From positions 372,001 to 436,000 of the forward strand of contig JAQGDQ010000093.1 of assembly GCA_030141605.1 (NCBI GenBank): a stretch of DNA of 64,000 nt, read 5' to 3'. Below the pieces are notes generated by a model, which did no database searches, was not told the DNA's origin, and was given only the letters and a program-made list of their open reading frames with translations. The stretch is from Tubiluchus corallicola (Eukaryota; Animalia; Priapulida). The translations under genes were made by a program, and so were the position numbers. Of this stretch, positions 1 to 12,500 are shown in pieces (positions within the stretch are counted from its first letter, which is position 1; the number at the start of each line of letters is the position of its first letter).

Positions 1-534
1 TAAGGATGTGAATAACTAGAAAAACTTAATTGCTGACATAAACGATTTTACTAAGCAAGCACATAAATATTGTTCTCAACTTGTTTCTCTTTATTTATTA
101 ATTTCATCCGAAAGTTGATAATCCCATTTTGTCAACATGGTATCAAAATATTTATTCCGAATAACGTTATTAATCACTTTAATTACATTGAATTTTTTCC
201 AGACCTTTACTGGCCAAAAATTCTCTTTAGACTCATTAAAAGAAAGAAAGTTCCAAAGATGAAAAAGCTGTTAACCAAGTCTTGCAATGCTTCAATATTT
301 TCAGAAAACGTTTTGTCAAAGTCTTGTTTGAAGTTGTTATTGAGTCACTTAGACATACTCGAGTTTAGACGCACACAGAAAACTATGGATAAGAACCAAA
401 CAGCTACAATAAATCTTTGTAATTAAAAAGCTTAATTGCTGACCTATGGACGATTTTAGTTAAATGTAATAAAACTTATGATTATAGTGGATTGTTTATG
501 AAATTAATTGTGTTTTTGTTTTTTTATTGCTTAG

Positions 535-575
535 TCAAGGAAAGCAACGACAACCGAAGTAAATCTAGTTCATTC
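535..575 (+). CDS. HDAC6: HDAC6 exon ([14 protein letters not shown])
   Basis: ttag|tcaagg ... cattc|gtaag; matches the HDAC R-x-A-T-x-x-E-x-x-x-V-H-S segment. Confidence 0.8.
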
Positions 576-3500
576 GTAAGTTTTCTAACTTGCTATTTCT
601 TGTGAATTTATTAACGTTGTATCTATGCCAGTAGTGATGGAAAATCCAAGCTGAGCAAAAAGTTAGCAATTTATTTGTGCATTTACGTGTTTATTTGTAA
701 TTTTGTTTTGCTAATTTTTCTTTTTTTTGGTTTGCTATTGATTTTTTTATTTGTCATTTTTTTAAACGGATTTTTTAAAAATTTTGTGAACGTTTTTAGT
801 AGATTTCCTATTTTTTTGCTTTTTGGCTGTAGCATAATCATTTTCTAATTTGATATAAATCTTTTCAACTTCTACATTTTTGTGTGTAAGCTCATTTGAA
901 CACCTGCTTTCAGCTTTTTTCTGTATGCAAACATTTTGCTTCAGTTATTAAAGGAAAACCAGAACCAGTCTTACTCTATAGCTCAAAACAATCTACCCTG
1001 AAAAATATTGAATTTTTTCGCTAGTTTTGTGACTAGCTTTTCGTGTTACATAAATTTTGCCATTTGCTAGTTAGACGGGCACTAGCGTTTTGATTTCAGA
1101 AATGCATTGCGTAAAACAGGCGCAGTACCTCTCAGTTCAGATGTGTTAGTTTGTGATGAACTACACACATTCGACAGCTCATGCGTGAGCACAGCGGTAA
1201 ATTTGAAATTTGAATTATTATCTTAAAACTTGCCTAGTTTTAGTACAACACACTGAACATCTTACAGTAGCACTGTACTCCAACACACTGAACATCTGAC
1301 AGTAGCACTGTACTTCAATTTTCGCTTTCGCAAACACGTGCAACACGATCGTTGAATATTTTTGCTGTTGAAAATTATGTTAGTTTGTGATGTCATCGAC
1401 AGTTTGGCTCGCCCGCCGTTAATTAACTCACTAAGCTAATATTTAATTATCAAAAACGCTTGCAGTATTAATTGTGTTACAATGTAAATTTTTTGTCGGA
1501 CTTGAAAATGGGCTACGATATGCATGTTTTCCTTTAACCCTTTCACTACGTTGTTGCTTTTTAACTGGGCCATGTTGATTTTTTAACTGTGCACATTTGT
1601 CTATATCTTTTTGTGGTGTGTTACTAAAACAGAATCTTGTAAATTAACAAATGGTTGTTTGTTATTGAGTACTAATATTAAATGTTAGTTTTATTTCTAC
1701 ACGTGCACACATACATACATTCACGCACGCACACGCACAAGATCATAAATCAGTAATGTACTTATATTTAGAAACCAGTTTTCACAAAAGACACAATACT
1801 AATCCATGATATGCAATGATTTTATAACACTGCAGAACAATCAACTAAACATACGTTTCATCAAAGATCTACAAGTGATTTTGTGTTGGAACATACCATA
1901 CAGTACAGTATTGTGGAATGCCCCTGGCTTCAGATGCTGATTGGCTTTCTAGCGTTACTTGTTGCAATCCCACGTCTGTTAAACTTTTCTACAATGTTTT
2001 TGCATGGCCGTAGCAGTAAAATAAACAGACCTGGATGACTGCGCTTAGTGTTGAACTTCAGTCCCTTACAAGAAAAACATTGGTGGTAGTATGCCGCCTT
2101 CCGTAGTGAAGGGGTTGACATCCTTCGTATATTAATTGCACAGACAGCAAGTGTTTCTCATATGTCGCTTATATAAAACTGAAATCAGTAACTACTTGTG
2201 GTGTGTTATTACTGTTATTCAAAGTGTAATCTGGAAATTGATTGCATCTACATCTCGGAAATTTTTGGCAACCTCCAAGAACTATAACAAAGAACTTATT
2301 GATCTTTTTTCGTCACTTTTTTCGCACTTGTCTTTGCTAAGAACTTGTCCAAGTTTTCTTTAGCTTTTTTATCATTATGTTTTTTGCTTAATCAATCACA
2401 TTTCATTGACTGTTTTCCCATTTTGTTGTGCTCCTCAGTGTTTTGCATCATACGTCTGGATTTTTCTTTTTCATCTGTTGCTTTTGTACAACATTCACAC
2501 CATTTCACGCTGTACGTATTTGCTGTTAATATTCGCATCCTGTTGACTTTTACCATTCCAGCCCATCATATGCAGATTTTTTAGAGCAGTCATCCAAGAA
2601 AACGCCACGATCGTTGGCAAAAATTCAAGATAATTATGATTCAGTTTACCTGTCGCTGGTAAGTAGCTATATTCTCTGTAGCGTGAATTGTCCGGATAGC
2701 CATTTCTCGGAACTGTTTTTCGTCAATGTCAGACAAGCGTGGTCAAAATGGTTGTAACTGACAGTGGGCAGCAACTAGTTTCAACAGACGACTGGATAAC
2801 AGATTTAAAGCAAAAAGTTTATGCTACCGTATTAGTGTGATGGACGAACCTGTGTACAAAAACGTTGCTTCGCATGATTGGACATAACTTCTACCCATAG
2901 TATAGTGCGCAAAAGTGATGTAAAGACCACACGAAAGTAACAAAAGCTCTCTGAACACAAACAAATGTGTTATTTTAATTACGCGAGGTAGAAATATTAA
3001 GTCAATTATGCGGAATTATTTGCGACTCTTGCTGACAGCTTTGTGTACATTTGAATAGAAGTATTAGCCCGTATTAGACGTTTTTGAATCAATTAGACGA
3101 CTGATTACAATTCCAGTAAACGGCACTTACCGTATTACTACAGTTTCAATGCTGACTGCATAAAACCAAATTGTAATTATCTAGATATGACGAAGAAATA
3201 ACATATAAATAAGATTTTACAACACAAATTGGTCACTCAGTTGGTCTCACTACATTTGGTAGCCTACTAGTATGTCACCTTTGAATTCTGTGTCTCACTT
3301 TATTCACTCTAATACTGTGTTTGCCTGAAACCTGGGTTTGTAGTTTCTATGCGTGAATGATGAAAACTCCTGAGTTAATTTTATACTAAAAAAAGTCTCA
3401 TCAAACATCCTTTACAAGGCTGTCCATCTAAACAATTAAAGATTTTTAATGTGCGCTACTGTCCCCGCTGCAAACTGCATGTTACTAGCCAAGACTGACA

Positions 3501-6500
3501 ATGACCAATCAGAGACGAGCGTAGTTATCTGGACGCTCGCGTGCATTCTATTTGTTTGTTGCTTGGTTTAAATTTATTCTTAAACTTGTTTCACGTTTTT
3601 AGTGGCTCCTACGTTACTGATCTGGCAGCCATGTCTGATATTGAGCCACATGATTTACCGCTGTGGGAGCTGACAGAGAAAACTTTCAGCTATGTCTGCA
3701 TGGCAAGTGAATTGTAGATTGTGCACAATGTTTAGCTAGCTGGACTTAGTAGTGTTCAGGCTTGAGATGCTAATGATGGCACTATTCGCCTTGAACTTCA
3801 ATTGCAAGTTCATTAAAGAGAGTTGTGCACAATGGAGTGTGTTGTGTCAGTGCCAGTGTTGCACGTACTGTCAGCATTGTGCAATGCCAGTGTTGTGGAT
3901 ACTGTCAGCATTGTGCACAGTGCCGGTGTTGTGGATACCATCAGCAATGTGCAGTGCCAGTGTTGTGCGTAATGCCAGTTTCGTGCTCAATGCCGGTATT
4001 GTACATAATGTTAGTGTTGTGCATAATGCCAGTTTTGTGCATAATGCCAGTGTAGTACACAATGCCAGTGTCGTGCACAACTTGCAGTTTAATAATATTC
4101 TCGTTAAATTGGCCCATTTTAAACACAGAAACTATTTTTGATGATAACATCATTAATAGAAAGATAAAGATATGTTTTCATAGAGGAAGTAATTTAAGGA
4201 TGTCATTTTTATTTCTGAATTCTATCGAAACATTGGGCACAATTTTGTTAGTACAGTATTAAAAACTTTTGTACAGCACTGAGCTTTGTCTACATCTCCG
4301 ATAAATTGTGTTTGACGAGTTTTCCATTTTGTTTTCGGTTTAGCTCCCGGCCTATTGCCAGAACAAAAGTAGTGGCAAATCACTGATTTCGATGCTTGAA
4401 CTTTGACAAAATTATTACATGCATCATTGATACTTACTGGCACGTTCACACTAGCGACTTTTCTCTCGATAATGCTCTCTGAGAGTTAGCTCGCAAGTGT
4501 GAACGGTTTTGCTGTGTGTCAACTCACGCTTACAATCGGGGAGAATTCGCAGCAACTCTTTGGAGAGTTTGCAAAAAATTGGCAACAGAACTCGCACAGC
4601 CGTTCACACTTGTGAGTATACTCTCAGGGAGAAAACTCGATAGTCTGAACATGCCTTAAGCTGTCTGGGTAATAATTAAAGTAGATATGATTTCCATCTA
4701 TGACAAAGTATGGAAAAATCTATTGATGTGTGAGATTTCTCGTAGTCATAACATTTTGTAATTGTTTGAACTGCGTGTTGAAAATTTATCTTCACTCCGT
4801 CATTCAAAATTGAGTGTGGTCCTTATTAGGTCATAGTTCTGAGTTTCCGGTAAGTACAGGGAAACATTCATCACTCCTTACTAGCTAATAGTTTTGCTCC
4901 GGATATCCGATTCGTATCCGAAAATTGAGATATTCCGGATAATATTCGTATCCCATATTATCCGGTAATTATAAAAATTTGATATCTGCAAAACCCGGTT
5001 TTTTGTGATGAGTAAATGAAAACGGTTTCAAATAATTTAATAGTCGAGAATAAATAAATAAAATATTACCAAAAAACTTAAAGATCATTTTATACTATGT
5101 TTGTGTTTTCAAGATGAAAATTTTACACACATCTTTTTTTGTTTGTGTGTGGTAATATGGTGTATTTTTGGACAAGGTCCTTTAAGATGATAGTTCTTTT
5201 TTGACAGACTAAATGAAAATGCTAAAGTTTGCAATCATTTACTAATTTTTCATTATCCGAACTGATCCGCATATTCAATCCGGATTTAGCTAACCTATTC
5301 GGTTTTAATCCGAATCCGGAAGTCAATTTGAGGAAATATTCGATGATATCCGTTATTTGCTATCCGGCATAAAAGTGTATCCGGAGCAACATTCCTAGCT
5401 ACAAATGTATTATTTTGTATTCAATGTGCCAGATTAGTCCATTATCTTATTTTTCAAGAAAAAAATGAAATGCAGTAAGTCCTCGCTTAACGACGCTAAT
5501 GCGTTCTACCAAAATTTGACGTCAAGTGAAACGTCGTTAAATGAAGTCAAGACTTCGATAATAAGTAATGTAAAAGAATTGGGATACGTTCCAGAAGCAA
5601 GGGCAAAGTTAAATCATGTAAATTAAATATTTCATGAGTTTTATTTATATTTCTACTGATTAATTTCTTTCTGCTTGCTTGAAACCACCTGTAGATCTTA
5701 CTTGCCTAGCTAGTAGTTTCTCTTTAGTTGACTTAAGTCTAGGCAGAGGTCGAACAACAAACACTGCAGCAGAGTCAAAGTCAAGCCCTGGGGCGACCTT
5801 GGGACAATTTTATCTAGAAACTTAGTATGTACTAGTCTGGTTGCTATAACAACAGGTTGTAGGCATAAAATTTGCTCCCAGGTCTCGCTCGATACGAACG
5901 GCTAGCATTTAGTGGCCAGTCGGGAAGCAAAAACGTATATTCTTATATAATAACTGCAGTGTTTACATTACTAGTATGTTTTTAGAACTGAATAATGCAA
6001 TATGTGCTGTTTAATGGCATTAAAATAAGTGGAAAGTTGTTGATAAAATAAAAATTGACGTTGTGCAAAGCAAAAAATTGTCGTTAAAATGAAACGGTGC
6101 ATCGTTAAGTGAAAAAAGGTGTCAAATGTTCAGCGTCGTTGAAACGAAACGTCGCTAAACGGGGAATCGTTAAACAAGGACTTACTGTATGCTCTAATGG
6201 ACTATCTGTCTTTGAGTTTGATTTTGCTACACCTACTCAGAGGCAAAAACAGTTTATGAAAGCTATGGAATAGTTTTAGCTTGTATTTATTTTTGTAGGA
6301 CACGTATGAATGTAGCTTGTTAGCAGCTGGCTGTGTGTTAAATGTGGTTGATGCTGTTCTAGAAGGAAAGGTAAGTTTACTGATGAAGTTAATTTAGAAC
6401 TGAAGAGCACATTTTATCAAGAATAAATACACGCACATTTCCGTTTGCTGGACAAAAGCGGAGAGGCATCGGTCCGATTTGCCGATTGACCGATATTAAG

Positions 6501-9500
6501 CTAATACAGTAGGCGCGCATGTATTAGACTCACTGTAATGTAGAATCAATTTCCTAATTGTCTCAAAAACATCTAGTACTGGCCGCTTCTGACATACAAG
6601 CTTCACATGTGTTTTTGCACGCTGCTTGGTTGTAACGATGTAAACAAAGTGAGGTCCCGCCTACTAGCGATCAGCTCGCGAAACTGCGGACTGTGTCCAT
6701 AATAATGATCAGTTTGCAAAGCAATGGACTATGTCCATAATAATGGTCAGCTTGCAAAACAACAGACTGTGTCCGTTGTATGCAGGACTTTTAACAGTCC
6801 AGATTTTGCCCGATTTTTCCGATATCCTTAAAAGCGTGGTCCGGCAAACCGAGATATGAGTATACACAACTTTTATGATGTCCTAATAGCAATCTCATAT
6901 TCATTCTCATATACATCATTTCACTAACTCAGTCCTACTAATTCTCATCTCCTGCACTCTCCACTATCATTCCATCACTTTTGTTCCTTCCTTTTTTGCA
7001 CTCTGACACCTGCACCATTAATTGCATTATAGTTGCACAAGTAATGCTTCTTGGCTGTAATGCAGGCAACAATTTATATAGATATCATATCATGTCCATA
7101 TCATGTCACCATATAAAAGCAGTATTAGGTACTGAAGCAGCCACTCTAAAAAAGTAGCCTTCAAATAGAAAATACGTATTGACTTTGATATACATTTTAC
7201 AGAGTTGATAAAATTATATTTTTGGAAGATGTTGTTAGATCAATCAACTTTAATGCAGTCATTTCTGTTTTTGAGAATTCTTATTTGGTTGCATTTTGCT
7301 ACTTCCATTTGAGTAATTATTCTGTGAGAAAATCTCCTCTATTTACCAGAATTAAAGACTTTTGCACCTTTCAAATTCTTTTGATGCTGAGTCTTTATGA
7401 AAACTTCGAAATATGAGCAAAGTTAAGAGGTTGCATGTGTTGTTAAGTCATAAGTGAATAAGTGATATGTGAATTTCCACGAAGTAGGGACACTATACTT
7501 ATTTAATACTTACACGTTTGGGTGGCATCGTAGGGCTTGAATAAATTCAGTCTCTAACGAAAATTTCACAAATAGCGTACAGGAAAACAAATTGCATGGT
7601 ACCTGAGCCAATCAGCGACTGGGATACAGAGCAGCATTCTCTGGTTGGTCGTTTTCCATCAATCAACCAATCGTGTGATATGTACAATCTCACGTTGGCA
7701 AGTAGCATCTCAAGCGGGCTCAAGTACTACATTTCGTTTTTGGTGTGCATTCATCTGCCGAATAAATACTATTTACTGTAAATGGTAATTTTTTATTATT
7801 TATAATATTCTTTTAAAACCCGCGAAACAGCGAGTCCGCGATAAACGAACCACGAAATAGCAAAGGAACACTGTATTGTCTTGTTGTTGTGGTAGCAAAA
7901 ATAAAAAAATTAATAAAAATGAAAAAATTGTCCTTTACGATCAACTTACTTTGCACTGTTACGGTCAAATCGTTTGAGCTGAATCTGCACTTGGAAATTT
8001 GAGCATTTTCACTGTCGGGGGCATATTAACCAATAGGCTAACTAGGCTATAACCAATAGGCTAACTAGGGCACCAATGTTTGAGGAGCACCTTATTTTTT
8101 AAAAAAAATTCTTGTTCTCCTCGGTAAATGTGTAGCCTATCATATTCTTGTAAAACAAGCATTGTATAACACACCACAGGCAGTTGCAGATGCCTTTGCT
8201 ATATAAGCGGTGTATAACAAACAAGTAGAAGGTACTACACAACAAACAGTTGCTAACTTGTTTATATATAAACGCTATTCATATACACGTAATTAACATG
8301 TAGAAACTAGATTAATAGTATTACTAATACACCACTAGTAAATATCTTATCTGTACAGATGGCGGGACAGATCTATCAGCCTAGGGCATCGTGAAGTCTT
8401 GATATGCCCCTGTTCACAGGTAGTTAAAATTGTCAGTTTTTTTCACTTATCGTTGCCAATACCATTAAGAGCCTTTCTTGAATTTGCCATTCTTCTGTTG
8501 CAGGCGCAGAATGGAGTGGCGGTCGTTCGTCCGCCGGGACATCACGCTGAAGAGGACAAACCTTGTGGTTTCTGTTTTATCAACAATGCGGCACTAGCTG
8601 CTAAGTATGCACAGAAGAAATTTCACCTGCACAGGTGCAGTAATCTCATTTTTGTACTCTTTACAGATCCACACCGCTTCAGCTGAGCTCCAGCCAGTTT
8701 AGTTCTACAGTTGACCTAGGCGATAAGAAACCCACGTTTAGTCACGTCAGCCGCTCAGTGATGGGAGTCGAGCTAGCCGACATTTTTGCCGGCTGCGAAG
8801 ATTTTCGCTCTTGTGATAATCATGTCGTGACACTGCAAATCACTGGTTCAAATATGGCAAATGTACTGCAGATTCGCAGTCAGATTGTGCGTGTGCTGGC
8901 AGAGATACTAAACTTTAGACCTATGACTAGGGAGATACGAATGTTATCAATACTTTTCTAAATCAGTAGGCTACAGGTGGCGCTGTTTGATTGTAGCTAC
9001 AAAGAGGAAATCTTGGGCTTGCTCTGTTATGCTTCAAATCCTGACTAGTCCATCATTTTTAAGCATCTCCTATTTCTTCCTCAAACTCATTGCCCCGCGA
9101 TGGATAATAATTGTTAAAATAAACCACAATGGTTTGTAAAATTCTGACAGTCACAGTTATAATTAATCACTGGCTGGTTTTCAGACTGGTTGTAATATTT
9201 TAAGATTGGTGCTTAGGTTTGAAGACTGGTTATAAAGTTTTAAGACTGGCTGTAAAATTTTAACACTGCCGCCTTTTCAGTCATAAACTGATTCTTTGTT
9301 ATCATATTACAAAGCAATATATATTTATATGTATGTTAAATTATATATATTTCTAAAATAAAAGAAAACTGCCCTCAAGACAGGCAAACACAGCAGTCAG
9401 TCCAGCAAAAAACAAGACGCTGCTGTGCCAGGGACTTGTCAGCACCACTTGTGACAGAACTTGACACCACAGCAACAGAACAACTTTGCAAATTGTCGTT

Positions 9501-12500
9501 TTAGCAGTGGAGGAAATTTTTCTTCCGTTTTTACTTATTTATTGACTCTTTTCTAGGATTTTAATATTAGACTGGGATGTTCACCATGGCAACGGGATAC
9601 AGCACATGTTTTACGACGACCCATCGTATGTACATTTTTGTTTACAAGTACACTGTAATGTGGCATTTGTTCAGCAATGCTCCGTCATTTGTGCTTTTTT
9701 GCAAGTGCTCTATAACATAACACCTAGTGCACACATCAGTTTCATTTTCATAATTGATTAATTGGATACGAAATCGGTTTGGATTATAATCGATTTTCAT
9801 GTATTAATTAATTAAAGCACAAGAAAACGCTCCACTTACATAAAGCTTAAAAATTCGTCTTGAAATTTTATACCATTTACATACTACCTTTTTGCATGCA
9901 GTGTTTAAGTCGGCTGTAACGCTGTATAAAACGTGTGAATTTAAACTCCCGTGATGACCGTTAGACACAGCCATTTTGACAATAAGTCATTTGAAACAAG
10001 TTAAAATAACATTCTGTAAAAGTTCGAAAAAATAATTAGAGCATTCGTAGCGCACACGTCACTAGCTAAGTAAAATTTAAAATCACCGTATCTTGTCAAT
10101 AAGATTAAAAAATACATTTTTGGTGGGTGCACCCTGGAGGGTGAGTTAGCAACATTTTACCAATAATTAGTGAAAACATTTTAAATAGTTAATGACTTTC
10201 CTTTCTAGTTACATAAGCCTTTCAAGCATGTTTTTGTGGGACATAATTTAACATTTCCTTTTCTTTCCCTGATTTACGTTTGTGTATATGACGTCATGTA
10301 ATGGCGCCGTCGGAACAGTACTGCAGGAGATTTAAAATGAAAACAAGCAAAAAAGGCTTTCAACGTGAGGACGATATATGCATAAAATTACTATAAAGTA
10401 ATGTAATTTTTTAAGACGATTTTTTTCTGAAACCTACTTCAGGTACCCCTTTTCTTGTCCTTTAAGTCTCAGCAATTTCAAAATTTTTGACAAAAACACG
10501 TTGACTGTAACAGCTTTGTTATCTTTACCATTGCTGTTTTAATTGCAATGTTAATTACAATTTAGTTAATTAATTACACTAAATAAATTATAAATTATAT
10601 TTCCTTCTACTTTTTTGAACAAATTAACTTTATATCAGTTTTGATAAATCCATCGAGGGTGCTGCCACCCAGGTGTGCGTCTAATTTGGTCTCACCACCA
10701 ATTGTCATTGTAAGTCGATGACTAATAGGGGTGAGCATCAAACAATTCCACAATTTTTTTTTAATTTCATTTCGATTTGAACTTAAAATCATAAATTCAA
10801 ATAATTTAGCACTTCAGCCACATATGTTTTTATCATCAAAATGTTTGAAACCGCGTGCAATTCGCACAATTTAGTTGCAGTTTCTGTGCAAACTTTTTTA
10901 ACAAACTAATAGTGGTTTTGCTGCAGAACAAAATCAAATAATGTGCATGATCTTTGTAAGAACACCTTTTCCAAGCGGTTTGAAAACTTGTTCAAAAATC
11001 TTTCAATCTCAACTGGAACTAAATTCAAATTCGAAATACTGAAATTCGGTTCAATCGAATTTGAAAGCCACAAATTCGATTCGTTTTGAATTCACTTTCT
11101 GTTAGAGAATGCTCATCCCTAGTGACTACCTGTATTGTATTGTGCATGTATTATATTGTTTTATAGTCCTTGTAACTTCATGAGAGAGTAGAGCTAAGAT
11201 TCAAACAGAATTATTCACATGGCAAGTCCTGTTGACAAGTTTGTTGGTTCAGTACTTTTTTAGTGAAATAAAATTAGTATCTAAAAATGCTCATTCTAGT
11301 TCAACAGTCTGATTTTTTGATAATATGACTGCTGCAATTAATCGTAACGGCATTTTCTATTATTATGTTCTAGAATATTGTACATCTCCATCCATCGCTA
11401 TGATAACGGTTTCTACTTCCCAGCTTCGAACGATGCCGCTTTTGACAGAGTGGGTGCTGGCGACGGCATTGGCTACAATGTGAACATACCCTGGAATTCT
11501 GTAAGTGTTCCAACTTCTGAGCAGTGACAGATTATGACCTTTTGGGCACCTAGGCTAATTAAATTTTGGGGCTTGCCCCTCAGTGGAGCCACCTTCTAAC
11601 TCGCCTGCACTTGTCTTGAATATTTTTTTACACGTGATATTTACATAGCTTGAAACTTAAATTCTTTAAATAAACTAGAATAGCCATCTTTTGTTTGTCA
11701 ATAATAATAATGTTCTTTAGGAAATACCACTATTTTACTATTTTTTTGCAAACCAAGTTAGCAAATATTTCAACACCTCCGTGTGAAAAAGCTTGAGGTG
11801 CCCTAGGCTGCAGCCTATACTAACCTATAGGATAATCCAGCTCTGCTTGCAAAGCTTGAGGGGCCCTAGGCTGCAGCCTATGCTAACCTATAGGATAATC
11901 CAGCTCTGCTTGCAAAGCTTGAGGGGCCCTAGGCTGCAGCCTATGCTAACCTATAGGATAACCAGCTCTGCTTGCAAAGCTTGAGGGGCCCTAGGCTGCA
12001 GCCTATACTAGCGTATAGGATAATCCAGCTCTGCTTGCAAAGCTTGAGGGGCCCTAGGCTGCAGCCTATACTAGCGTATAGGATAATCCAGCTCTGCTTG
12101 CAAAGCTTGAGGGGCCCTAGGCTGCAGCCTATACTAGCGTATAGGATAATCCAGCTCTGCTTGCAAAGCTTGATGTTAGCTGAATGTGCACTACTCACAC
12201 ATTATATTGAGTGCCAGAATACTCATGTTATCGGCTCATTGTGACCTGAGTTGTGTTTTTGCCAACTTGGACCCAACATAAAAAAACAAAAAAAAATGTA
12301 ATTCAATTTAGACTGTAAGATACTGTAAGATATTCAGTGTGTTGTACTAAAACTAGGCAAGTTTTAAGATAAATATTCAAATTTCATATATACCACTGCT
12401 CTCGCACGAGCTGTCGAACGTATGTAGTTCGTTACAAACTAACACATCTGAATTGAGAGGTATAGCACCTATTTTTTGTGCAATGCATTTCGGAAATGCA

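Noticed and set aside
3752-4153. Cys-rich, metallothionein-like ORFs
   Set aside because: Produced by an 18-bp minisatellite that is open in multiple frames on both strands.
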